Shown: piece after piece, positions 10,607 through 18,579 of the stretch
Numbering within the stretch: position 1 is the first letter of the stretch
Layout of the letters: every line of letters begins with the position of its first letter
NCBI RefSeq assembly: GCF_008065095.1
Contig: NZ_CP042911.1
Coordinates: 2,700,001-2,732,000, forward strand
Reading direction: 5' to 3'
Length of the DNA stretch: 32,000 nucleotides
DNA from: Gemmata obscuriglobus
Lineage (GTDB): Bacteria > Planctomycetota > Planctomycetia > Gemmatales > Gemmataceae
The notes under the pieces: generated by a model
What the model saw: only the letters and a program-made list of their open reading frames with translations
The model's database searches: none
What the model was told of the DNA's origin: nothing
Program-made: the position numbers and the translations under genes

Positions 10607-11464
10607 TCAGTCGTACTTCGCCCAGGCCTCGTCGAGAATGGTCCGGAACGCCTGAACGGCGTACGGGAACAGGTCCGGGCCGGTGATGCCGCCGGTCGGG
10701 CCGCCGCCCCGCAGGTGGGGCTCCATCACGGCGAACCCCTTGTACCCCCGCGCCGCCGCGTCGCGGACGCTGTGCGCGATCTGCCCGTCGCCGGTGCCCG
10801 GGATCACCCCGTAGTCGTGCCCGGCCGCGTGCCCGCCCATCTTCCAGTCCTTGATGTGCAGGTGGGCCGTCCACGCCTTCGTCTTCTCCCACCCCTCCAC
10901 CGGATCGAAGTTGCCGTAGGCGTAGTTGGCCGCGTCGTAGGCGCCGCGCAGCGCCGGGTGGTTGACCGTCGAGAGGATGTCCGCGACGCGGTCCGGGGAG
11001 TCGCCGAAAATGCGGTGCTCGTTCTCGTGGTACAGCACCACCCCGCCCTTGGCCGCCAGTTCGGCCTTGACGCCCATGCGGCGGATCACCTCGTCCCGGT
11101 GGGCGGGCCAGTTGGCCGGATCGAACTTGGGGTCGTTGCCCGGCGGGTAGTAGCTGAACACCCGGATGCCGGGCGTGCCGAACACGTGGCACAACTCGAT
11201 GGCACGCTTGAGCCTGTCGAGGTGCGGCTCGAAGGGTGCGTCGATCGCCACCTTGCCGACCGGCGAGCCGATCGCGGACAGGCCCATGCCCTCGCCGTCG
11301 AGGAGCTTCTTGAACTCCTTGATCTGGTCGTCGGTGAGCCCCAGGACGTTCGTCTTGTAGATGGACCGGAACTCGATGAACCGGATGCGGCACGCCTTCA
11401 GCACCGCGATCTGCTCGCGCGGGTCGTGGGAGATCTCGTCGGCGAACGCGGACAGAGTGAACAT
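10607..11464 (-). CDS. Sugar phosphate isomerase/epimerase (xylose isomerase-like TIM barrel, AP_endonuc_2 family)
   Basis: MFTLSAFADEISHDPREQIAVLKACRIRFIEFRSI...GIRVFSYY...VVLYHENEHRIFGDSP...AYDAANY...HLHIKDW...GFAVMEPHL follows the typical pattern of this TIM-barrel family. I chose the start at MFTLSAF (rc of 11462-11464). The ORF track start at 11524 adds 20 aa. Confidence 0.85.
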   Translation of the reverse strand: MFTLSAFADEISHDPREQIAVLKACRIRFIEFRSIYKTNVLGLTDDQIKEFKKLLDGEGMGLSAIGSPVGKVAIDAPFEPHLDRLKRAIELCHVFGTPGIRVFSYYPPGNDPKFDPANWPAHRDEVIRRMGVKAELAAKGGVVLYHENEHRIFGDSPDRVADILSTVNHPALRGAYDAANYAYGNFDPVEGWEKTKAWTAHLHIKDWKMGGHAAGHDYGVIPGTGDGQIAHSVRDAAARGYKGFAVMEPHLRGGGPTGGITGPDLFPYAVQAFRTILDEAWAKYD

Positions 11465-11669
11465 GACGTCTGTACCGAAAGGGTGCGTGTGTGCAGTGCC
11501 GGTAATGTATGGAGAACCGTTCACCGGAGTACCGCGTGCGGCGAGCCCGCTACCCCCGCCACGCGGGTGACGGCCCCCGACTGTCCGCCAGAGCCCTCTC
11601 CCCGGCTGTCACGGCTCGTCAAGAAATGCGGCACGGCTCTCGGGCGGGTGTATCCGTTGCAACAGTGCA

Positions 11670-11698
11670 TTGACCGCTCCTTGTGTTGCATATACAAT
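11670..11698 (+). promoter_or_regulatory. Sigma-70-like promoter of the MarR-family gene: TTGACC-N17-TACAAT
   Basis: TTGACC lies at 11670-11675 and TACAAT at 11693-11698, with a 17-nt spacer. The ATG at 11705 is only 7 nt after the -10 box, which implies a leaderless or near-leaderless mRNA. No SD motif is present. Confidence 0.5.
11685..11697 (+). promoter_or_regulatory. Candidate MarR operator, copy 1 (GTTGCATATACAA)
   Basis: This 13-mer overlaps the -10 region of the marR-like gene. It sits in the imperfect palindrome TGCaTATAcaaTATAaGCA (11687-11705). Its exact reverse complement occurs at 12541-12553, upstream of the efflux operon. Confidence 0.5.
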
Positions 11699-11704
11699 AT
11701 AAGC

Positions 11705-12163
11705 ATGTCACAAGTCCCAAACCCTGCGAACCGGGTGGCGGCCGAGTGCCTGGCCGGCCGGTTCCGCATTCTCAACCGGGTCATCACCGGGATCTACGAC
11801 GACGCGTTCCGCCCGCACGGGGTGCGGATCAGCCAGATGAACGTCATGGTCGTTATTGCGGACCGGGGACCGGTTCGCGCCTCGGACGTGTGCCGGCTGT
11901 TACAACTCGACAAATCGACTCTCAGCCGCGACCTCGACCGGTTGCTCGACCGGGGGTGGGTTCGTTCCACGCCCGCTGAGGGGCGCGCGCAAGACCTGGA
12001 GGTCACGCCCGCCGGGCGAGCGCTGATCGAGAAATTGATGCCCGCCTGGGAAGAGGCCCAGAAGCGTGTTCACGAGTTGATCGGCCCGGAACTCGCGCAA
12101 GGGCTGTTCGCGGCGGTAGGCAAGATCCGGCAAGCGAACAGCGGGAGCGCTGCTTCCGGGTGA
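11705..12163 (+). CDS. MarR-family transcriptional regulator (152 aa)
   Basis: The winged-HTH pattern is ...GVRISQMNVMVVIADRGPVRASDVCRLLQLDKSTLSRDLDRLLDRGWVRSTPAEGRAQDLEVTPAGRALIEKL. The long listed ORF 10715..12163 is an artefactual upstream extension (antisense of the isomerase gene). Confidence 0.9.
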   Translation: MSQVPNPANRVAAECLAGRFRILNRVITGIYDDAFRPHGVRISQMNVMVVIADRGPVRASDVCRLLQLDKSTLSRDLDRLLDRGWVRSTPAEGRAQDLEVTPAGRALIEKLMPAWEEAQKRVHELIGPELAQGLFAAVGKIRQANSGSAASG

Positions 12164-12327
12164 TCGCGCCGGGTCGGTTTGGATGCGCGCTGGCGGTGGG
12201 CGCCCGGACCATCCGGAACGGCACGATTGACCCAACCACCAACTACGAAACGCCGGGTCCGTGCGATCTCGATTGCGCACCCAACCCGGCGCTCAGCCCC
12301 GCTCCCGCCCTGCGCTACGTTCGGCCA

Positions 12328-12438
12328 CCCCTCCGGGGTGCAAGACCAAGGCAAAAGAGCAAAGTCAAAAGGCAAAAAGGATGCAACACTTTTGCCTTTA
12401 CACTTTTGCCTTTTAACTTGTTCCCCGCCCCGGAGGGG
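12328..12438. repeat. 111-nt composite imperfect palindrome (AT-rich core in a GC clamp) between marR and the efflux operon
   Basis: The outer clamp is CCCCTCCGGGG (12328-12338) pairing with CCCCGGAGGGG (12428-12438). The inner arms are AAGGCAAAAG (12348-12357) and AAAAGGCAAAAAGG (12367-12380), facing CTTTTGCCTTT (12389-12399) and CTTTTGCCTTTT (12403-12414). All are centred near 12383. It could act as the marR terminator, a structured RNA or a REP/MITE-like element. Confidence 0.6.
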
Positions 12439-12540
12439 CCGGCGGCCGTAGCACAGGGCGGGAGCCCTATGCCACTCACTAACTTCGCGCACAATCCATG
12501 TAAGGGGGCAGGAGTGCCCGGGTACTTTACCGACATAAAG

Positions 12541-12553
12541 TTGTATATGCAAC
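12541..12553 (-). promoter_or_regulatory. Candidate MarR operator, copy 2 (reverse complement of GTTGCATATACAA)
   Basis: TTGTATATGCAAC lies at 12541-12553, 45 nt upstream of the adaptor-gene ATG (12598). It overlaps a second small palindrome, GCAACttGTTGC (12549-12560). Confidence 0.5.
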
Positions 12554-12597
12554 TTGTTGCGGTTCGCCCCGCCGGGGCTGATTCATGTGGAGTACGC

Positions 12598-13725
12598 ATG
12601 AGCAATCGAATTCGCTTTCTCGCGGTGGCCGGAACCCTGGCGCTCGCGGGCGTCGGGGCCGGCGTCGCGCACACGGCCGGCGGTAAATCTCCGACCGAGG
12701 CGCCGGTTCCGCCACCGGTGACCGCTCCCGAGTCGCGTGTGGTGCGGGTGACGGAGGTGCGGGCCGGGGCGGACGGCGGCGGCCAGACCTACACCGGGGT
12801 GGTCCGCGCCCGGTACGAAACCGACCTCGCCTTCCGGGTGGGGGCCAAGATCGTCTCGCGGCACGTCGAGGTCGGGCAGCGTGTCGCGGCCGGGGCCGTT
12901 CTGTTCCGGCTCGACCCGACGGACTACCGGCTCACGCTGAAGGCGGCGGAGGCGGACCTGGCGGCGGCCGAGGCCGAAGTCGTCCAGGCGACCGCGGAGT
13001 ACGACCGGCTCCAGCGCACGTACAACACCGGCGCCGGCAGCTCGTCGGACCTCGATAAGGGGCGCTCGGCGCTGTACGGGGCCGGGGGGCGGCGCGACCG
13101 CGCGAAGGAGCTTCTCACCCTCGCTCGTAACCGCCTCGCGTACTGCGAACTCACCGCCGATTCGGACGGCGTAATCACCGCGCTCCCGGCCGAGGCCGGG
13201 CAGGTGGTGGCCGAGGGGCAGGTCGTCGCCCGGTTCGCTCGGGACGGTGAGCGGGAAGCGGTGGTGAGCTTGCCCGAGAACCGGGTACACGCCGCACGGA
13301 CCGCGCGGGCCACGATCACCCTCTGGGCCGCCCCGGGCCAACCGTACCCGGCCACGCTCCGCGAGCTGTCCCCGATCGCGGACCCGGTCACCCGAACGTA
13401 CCAAGCGCGGTTCACCATCGACCGGACCGGGCCGCAAATCGCGCTCGGCATGACCGCGACCGTTCACCTCACCCCGGGCGACGCGGCCCCCGGATATGTG
13501 CTGCCGCTTTCGTCGCTGCTACGAACCGGCGACCGGCCGGCGGTCTGGGTCGTGGATCGCGCGACCGGCGCGCTCGCACTCACGCCGGTCGAGGTTCGGG
13601 AGTATCGGCATGAAACGGTGGTGCTGTCCGGCGGGGTGAAACCGGGGCAACTGGTCGTCACCGCCGGGGTACAAAAGCTCGATGTGGGGCTGACCGTGCG
13701 GCCCTGGGAAGCGGGGAACCCGTGA
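12598..13725 (+). CDS. Efflux RND transporter periplasmic adaptor subunit (MFP/HlyD family)
   Basis: The protein starts MSNRIRFLAVAGTLALAGVGAGVA (signal or lipoprotein-like N-terminus). It continues with the MFP barrel/hairpin pattern ...VGAKIVSRHVEVGQRVAAGAVLFRLDPTDYRLTLKAAEADLAAAEAEV...LAYCELTADSDGVITAL. The listed ORF start (12160) is an upstream over-extension. Confidence 0.9.
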   Translation: MSNRIRFLAVAGTLALAGVGAGVAHTAGGKSPTEAPVPPPVTAPESRVVRVTEVRAGADGGGQTYTGVVRARYETDLAFRVGAKIVSRHVEVGQRVAAGAVLFRLDPTDYRLTLKAAEADLAAAEAEVVQATAEYDRLQRTYNTGAGSSSDLDKGRSALYGAGGRRDRAKELLTLARNRLAYCELTADSDGVITALPAEAGQVVAEGQVVARFARDGEREAVVSLPENRVHAARTARATITLWAAPGQPYPATLRELSPIADPVTRTYQARFTIDRTGPQIALGMTATVHLTPGDAAPGYVLPLSSLLRTGDRPAVWVVDRATGALALTPVEVREYRHETVVLSGGVKPGQLVVTAGVQKLDVGLTVRPWEAGNP

Positions 13726-16700
13726 GCGCGTTCAACCTGTCCCGCTGGGCGGTCCAGCACCCGGCGGTCGTTCTTTACCTGATCCTCGCGGCCGGGGCGG
13801 CCGGGCTGTACGCCTACCTTAGCATGGGCCGGGCCGAGGACCCGTCGTTCACCATCAAGACGATGGTCGTCACCGCCGCGTGGCCGGGGGCGACCAGCGA
13901 CGAGGTGCAGCGCCAGGTGGCCGACAAGATCGAGGAGAAGCTTCAGGAGACGCCGTACCTGGACTACCTCCGCACGTACTCGCTGCCCGGCCGGGCGGTG
14001 GTCACCGTGCAGCTCCGTAACGACACCCCGCCCAAGGCCGTGCCCGACATCTGGTATCAGGTGCGGAAGAAGGTCGGGGACATCCGGCACACGTTCCCCG
14101 AGGGCGTGGTGGGGCCGTTCCTGGACGACGAGTACGGGGACGTGTACGTGGCGGTGTACGCGCTCACCGGGGCCGACTACACCCCGGCCGAGTTGAAGCG
14201 GCTCGCCGAGGACGCACGCCGCCGGCTCCTGCGGGTGAAGGACGTGTCCAAGGTGGTCCTCGTCGGCGAGCGGCCCGAGAAGGTGTTCGTCGAGTTCTCG
14301 CACAAGAAGCTCGCCACCCTCGGCGTCCCGCCGCAGCAGGTGTTCGACAGCCTCCGGCGGCAGAACGCGGTCGCCCCGGCGGGGAGCGTGGAGACCCCGA
14401 CGGACCGGGTGTACGTTCGGGTGGAGGGGCCGTTCGCTGCGGTCGAGAAGGTGCAGGCGGTGCCGGTTCACGCGGGCGGCAAGGTTTTTCGCCTGGGGGA
14501 CATTGCGGAGGTGCGCCGCGGGTACGAGGACCCGCCGACGTTCACCGTGCGGCACAACGGGAAGCCGGCCGTGGAGGTGGCGGTCGCGATGCGGGCCGGG
14601 GGCAACGTGCTCACCCTGGGGCGGGCGCTGGACGCGGAACTGGCGGGCGTTGGGGCCGACCTGCCGGCGGGCGCGGCGGTCGAGCGGGTGGCGTTCCAGC
14701 CGCACGTCGTGGAGGAGTCGGTCGGCGAGTTCACGCGGTCGTTCGTCGAGGCGCTGGTCATCGTCCTGGTGGTCAGCTTCCTGTCGCTCGGCTGGCGGAG
14801 CGGGGTGGTGGTGGCATTGAGCGTGCCCCTGGTGTTGGCCGGCGCGCTGGTGGTCATGAACGCGGTCGGGATGGCGCTGGACCGGATCAGCCTGGGGGCG
14901 CTCATTCTGGCGCTGGGGCTGCTCGTGGACGATGCCATCATCGCGGTCGAGATGATGGTGGTGAAGATGGAGGAGGGGCACGACCGGGTGGCGGCGGCCA
15001 CGTTCGCGTGGAGCAACACTGCGTTCCCGATGCTCACCGGCACACTGGTCACGGTGGTCGGGTTCCTGCCGGTCGGGTTCGCCAGGTCCGCGGCCGGGGA
15101 GTACGCCGGCGGCATCTTCTGGGTGGTGGGGATCGCGCTCGTCGCCTCGTGGCTCGTGGCAGTCGTGTTCACCCCGTACCTCGGCGTGCGGCTGCTCCCG
15201 GACTACGCGGGGCGCGCGCGCCACGACCCGTACCACACCCGGATGTACCGGCTCCTGCGGCGGGCGGTCACGCTCTGCGTGCGTCACCCGCGGCTTGTTG
15301 TCGCGGTGACGGCCGTGCTGTTCGTGACGGCGGGGTACGGGATGACGTTCGTGCCCAAACAGTTCTTCCCGCAGTCGTCCCGGGCGGAGCTGCTGGTCGA
15401 GTTCCGGCTCCCGGGCGGGTCGTCGTTCACCGCCACCGAGGCCGAGGTGGTGAAGATGGAGCAGGTGCTGGCCGGCGATCCGGACATCGACCACTTTACC
15501 GCGTATGTCGGGGCCGGGCCGCCGCGGTTTTACATGGCCCTGAACCCGGACCTGCCGGACCCGAGTTTCGCCAAGTTCGTGATCCAGACGAAGGACCCGG
15601 CGGCGCGCGAGCGGCTTCGCACCCGCCTCCTGGAGCGGGTCGCGGCGGACGACACGTTCGCGCTGCCGCGGGTGCGGGTGGTGCGGCTGGAGTTCGGCCC
15701 GCCGGTCGGGTTCCCGGTACAGTTCCGGGTGGTCGGCCCGGACCCGGCGCGGGTCCGCGAGATCGCCCACCGGGTGCGCGATGTGATGCGCCAGAACCCG
15801 CACGCGCGGGACGCCCAGCTCGAATGGGACGAGCCGTCGAAGGTGGTACGGCTCCGGGTGGACCAGGACCGGGCGCGGGCGCTGGGGCTCACCCCGCAGG
15901 ACGTGTCGGCGACCCTTCAGACGCTCCTCACGGGGGCGCCCGTGTCGCAGTACCGCGAAGGTATCGAACTGATTGACGTGGTGGCACGGGCGGTGCCGGA
16001 GGAGCGGTTGAAGCTCGACGCGCTGCCCGACCTGACGATCATCACTCCGGCCGGTAGCGCGGTGCCACTTTCGCAAGTCGCCACGGCGGCCTACGAGCAG
16101 GAGGAGCCGATCCTGTGGCGGCGCGACCGGGAGACGGTGCTGACGGTGCGGGCGGACGTGGCCGACGGGGTGCAGGCGCCGGACGTGACCGCCGCGATCC
16201 TGACCCAGCTCCGGACGCTCAAGGATGGGCTCCCGCCGGGCTACCGGATCGACACCGGCGGCGCGGTGGAGGAGAGCCAGAAGGCGAACGAGGCGCTGTT
16301 CGCCGTGTTCCCGGTCATGATCGCGGTGATGCTGACGCTCCTGATGGTCCAGGTGCAGAGCTTCAAGAAGCTGTTCCTGGTGTTCGTGATCTCGCCGCTG
16401 GGGCTGATCGGCGCGGTGTCGGCACTGCTGCTGTTCCACGCCCCCTTCGGGTTCAACGCTCTCCTTGGGGTGATCGCGCTGGCCGGGATGGACATGCGGA
16501 ACTCGGTGATCCTGATCGACCAGATTGAGCACGACGTGGAACACGGGATGTCGCTGTGGGACGCGGTGATCGAGTCGGCGGTGCGGCGCGCCCGCCCGGT
16601 GGTGCTGACGGCGGCGACCGCGATCCTGGCCATGATCCCGCTCACCCGGAGCGTGTTCTGGGGGCCGCTGGCGGTGGCCATCATGGGCGGGCTGTCGGTC

Positions 16701-16850
16701 GCCACGTTCCTCACGTTGGGCAACCTGCCGGCCCTGTACGTCCTGCTGTTCCGGGTGAAGCGTCCGACCGGACCGTTGCCGCCGACACCCGTGGAACACA
16801 CGGCGCCGCCGGCCGCCGCGCGGTCCGGTGCGGCTCCCGACCCTGGATAG
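13722..16850 (+). CDS. Efflux RND transporter permease (AcrB/HAE1-like), 1042 aa
   Basis: The GTG start (13722-13724) overlaps the adaptor stop TGA (13723-13725), giving a GTGA coupling. MSAFNLSRWAVQHPAVVLYLIL...EDPSFTIKTMVV... together with two 6-TM bundles and large periplasmic loops is typical of RND pumps. The 1175-aa minus-strand ORF 13464..16991 is its antisense shadow. Confidence 0.93.
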   Translation: MSAFNLSRWAVQHPAVVLYLILAAGAAGLYAYLSMGRAEDPSFTIKTMVVTAAWPGATSDEVQRQVADKIEEKLQETPYLDYLRTYSLPGRAVVTVQLRNDTPPKAVPDIWYQVRKKVGDIRHTFPEGVVGPFLDDEYGDVYVAVYALTGADYTPAELKRLAEDARRRLLRVKDVSKVVLVGERPEKVFVEFSHKKLATLGVPPQQVFDSLRRQNAVAPAGSVETPTDRVYVRVEGPFAAVEKVQAVPVHAGGKVFRLGDIAEVRRGYEDPPTFTVRHNGKPAVEVAVAMRAGGNVLTLGRALDAELAGVGADLPAGAAVERVAFQPHVVEESVGEFTRSFVEALVIVLVVSFLSLGWRSGVVVALSVPLVLAGALVVMNAVGMALDRISLGALILALGLLVDDAIIAVEMMVVKMEEGHDRVAAATFAWSNTAFPMLTGTLVTVVGFLPVGFARSAAGEYAGGIFWVVGIALVASWLVAVVFTPYLGVRLLPDYAGRARHDPYHTRMYRLLRRAVTLCVRHPRLVVAVTAVLFVTAGYGMTFVPKQFFPQSSRAELLVEFRLPGGSSFTATEAEVVKMEQVLAGDPDIDHFTAYVGAGPPRFYMALNPDLPDPSFAKFVIQTKDPAARERLRTRLLERVAADDTFALPRVRVVRLEFGPPVGFPVQFRVVGPDPARVREIAHRVRDVMRQNPHARDAQLEWDEPSKVVRLRVDQDRARALGLTPQDVSATLQTLLTGAPVSQYREGIELIDVVARAVPEERLKLDALPDLTIITPAGSAVPLSQVATAAYEQEEPILWRRDRETVLTVRADVADGVQAPDVTAAILTQLRTLKDGLPPGYRIDTGGAVEESQKANEALFAVFPVMIAVMLTLLMVQVQSFKKLFLVFVISPLGLIGAVSALLLFHAPFGFNALLGVIALAGMDMRNSVILIDQIEHDVEHGMSLWDAVIESAVRRARPVVLTAATAILAMIPLTRSVFWGPLAVAIMGGLSVATFLTLGNLPALYVLLFRVKRPTGPLPPTPVEHTAPPAAARSGAAPDPG

Positions 16851-16981
16851 TGGCTCGCTCCGGGGCGCGGTGCCATCAGGTTGGTAGGGGAGGGTGCGCC
16901 ACCGACACCGCGCGAGTGACGTGACCAAGGCCTTGACCCAGGTGAGCCCGAATCCGGTTGAAGATCCCGTGCTTTCTGTAG

Positions 16982-17000
16982 CCGGCCTCACAGAGGCCGG
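16982..17000 (+). terminator. Hairpin downstream of the RND gene (weak terminator candidate)
   Basis: CCGGCCTC-ACA-GAGGCCGG is an 8-bp stem with a 3-nt loop. It lies ~130 nt after the stop and has no U-tract. Confidence 0.25.
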
Positions 17001-17071
17001 TGCGACAACTACGGTGGCACACGTGGACTGGACGGGTAACGGGTCGCGAGCTGCCGTCCCGCGGGCGATTC

Positions 17072-18328
17072 CAGTAGTTTCAAGTTGGGCGATTTATGAG
17101 TAGCGGGCCGCATGGGTTTACCGGTCAATGGTGGTTACCACGCCTCCACTGTCGGAGCCCCCATGCGACCCAAACGTCAGTCTATCCGAGCCACCCCGGC
17201 CCACGCCACCCGGCACCTCCGTCCGGTCCTGACCGACTGGCTCGGCCGTGCGGTCCAACTGCCCAAGCGTCGCCGCACCTGTACACCCGAGGTGGTGTGG
17301 CGGGTGGTGCTGTTCGCCGCGGCGTTCGCCCGCTCGGTGGCCGCGGCCTGTGCCGCGATCGCCGACGCCCCGTCCGGGCAGGCCATCTGGGATTGCTTGT
17401 ACCTCACGCTGCCCAAGCGGCGCCGCACCCTCGAGCGGCGGTTGCGGCCGGCCCTCCACGCCCCGCTCGGCAAGCGGAAGCGGGCGGCTCGGGTCGCGAT
17501 CGACTACCACCGGATCGGGTACTTCGGGACGCCGAACCGGGACACCACCCGGTCCAAGGGGGCCGGCGGCACCCACACGTTCCACACGTACGCCACCGCG
17601 TGCCTCGTCGGGGGACCGGACCGGTACACGCTCGGGTTGACGGCCGTGGGCGAGAAGGAGCCGATGACCGCGGTGCTCACCCGGCTGTTGGATCAGGTGA
17701 CGGCGGCACGGGTTACGGTCCGGGTCGCGCTGCTGGACAAGGCGTTCTTCTCGATCGCGGTGATGCGGTTGCTCCAGGCGCGGGGTGTGCCGTTCGTGAT
17801 CCCGGCCGTGGTCCGGGGCCGCAAGCCCCGGCCCGGGGTGAAGGGGGTCGGGTTGCGGGCCGTGCGGCGGCGGGGCGCGGGTCGATATGCGTACACCCAC
17901 GCGGATCGGGGCACCTCGGTGCGGGTGCACGTGGTGATCGCTCACAAGAGCTACCGGTACCGGCGGACCGGGGGCCGGCGGAGCAAGAAGTTACTGTACG
18001 CGGCGTGGCGGGTGAGCGGGAGCCCGGTGGCGATTCGGGACCTGTACCGGACCCGATTCGGGATCGAGAGCAGCTACCGCCAGTTGGGGCAGGTTCGGCC
18101 CCGGACCTCGACCACCGATGGGGTCGTGCGACTCCTGTGGGTGGCCGTCGGGCTGATCCTGCGTAACGCCTGGTTGTGGTCCCGCTCAGCCCGCGGCCTC
18201 GGGTGGACACTGGCGGCGGTATGCCTGATACTGTTGGCCGATGGGCTGGCACCTACAGATGGCGAAAATAAGTCCATTACTACTGCACGATCGGCCAACA
18301 AAACCAAGCCGCCAACTTGAAACTACTG
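17072..18328 (+). mobile_element. IS element (IS4-superfamily DDE; same terminal sequence as copy A), copy B, apparently intact
   Basis: There is a perfect 18-bp IR if the flanking C/G pair is included: CCAGTAGTTTCAAGTTGG (17071-17088) and CCAACTTGAAACTACTGG (18312-18329). It is flanked by GATTC (17067-17071) and GATTC (18329-18333). The TSD is therefore 5 bp with ends at CAGTAG...CTACTG, or 3 bp (ATT) if the C/G pair belongs to the IR. The transposase stop TGA (18318-18320) lies inside the right IR, as in copy A. Confidence 0.85.
17163..18320 (+). CDS. DDE transposase (IS4 superfamily), intact
   Basis: Catalytic landmarks are VAIDYHRIGYFG (D), ALLDKAFFS (D) and YRTRFGIESSYRQLGQ (Y-R-E signature). 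I prefer the start at MRPKRQS (ATG 17163) because 'cccATGCGAC' matches the start context of copy A (7895). The track start at 17112 is the alternative. Confidence 0.85.
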   Translation: MRPKRQSIRATPAHATRHLRPVLTDWLGRAVQLPKRRRTCTPEVVWRVVLFAAAFARSVAAACAAIADAPSGQAIWDCLYLTLPKRRRTLERRLRPALHAPLGKRKRAARVAIDYHRIGYFGTPNRDTTRSKGAGGTHTFHTYATACLVGGPDRYTLGLTAVGEKEPMTAVLTRLLDQVTAARVTVRVALLDKAFFSIAVMRLLQARGVPFVIPAVVRGRKPRPGVKGVGLRAVRRRGAGRYAYTHADRGTSVRVHVVIAHKSYRYRRTGGRRSKKLLYAAWRVSGSPVAIRDLYRTRFGIESSYRQLGQVRPRTSTTDGVVRLLWVAVGLILRNAWLWSRSARGLGWTLAAVCLILLADGLAPTDGENKSITTARSANKTKPPT

Positions 18329-18579
18329 GATTCGCTCCCGATTCGCTGGTACGGGGCTACCACCGTGCCGTGCCCTCAAAACCCGGATAATGCTTCCGGG
18401 GTGAACGGGCCTTGGCTTCCGTTTGGCTCGGCGTGGTTTCTGTAATGCGTTGCTGATATTGCTGTTGTGGCGAATGAGCGCCGGTGACTGGCTTGCCATC
18501 CTCGGACGAAAACCGGCGCCGGTGGCTGTGCCCGAAGTTGATCGAACGGCCAGAACGACCACACGGGGAATCGGTGGTG

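Noticed and set aside
9162-11393. 743-aa ORF read as a single gene
   Set aside because: Its N-terminal ~267 aa overlap the well-supported isomerase-like gene (10607..11464) in another frame and are R/G/P-rich. A good ATG at 10592, 14 nt after that gene's stop, begins protein-like sequence. I therefore split it into two genes.
10715-12163. 482-aa plus-strand ORF ending at the MarR stop; also the 12160..13725 and 24503..26269 N-terminal extensions
   Set aside because: Only the C-terminal parts carry family motifs (MarR wHTH; MFP with signal peptide; HK starting at TM1). The upstream parts run through antisense or intergenic DNA with junk composition. I chose internal starts instead.
13464-16991. 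1175-aa minus-strand ORF, plus 12583..13467 - and the other long ORFs in the track that lie antisense or out of frame to called genes (3786..4826 +, 4872..5897 +, 6720..7667 +, 9606..10655 +, 17118..17945 -, 18376..19623 -, 20043..21113 +, 21136..22275 +, 23304..24488 +, 24242..25471 -, 26240..27166 -, 28947..29690 -)
   Set aside because: All lie antisense or out of frame to genes with clear family signatures (RND pump, MFP, sigma fusion, transposase, MATE, propeller, RdgC-like, HK, RR). All have low-complexity R/P/G/H-rich translations, so I read them as high-GC shadow ORFs.
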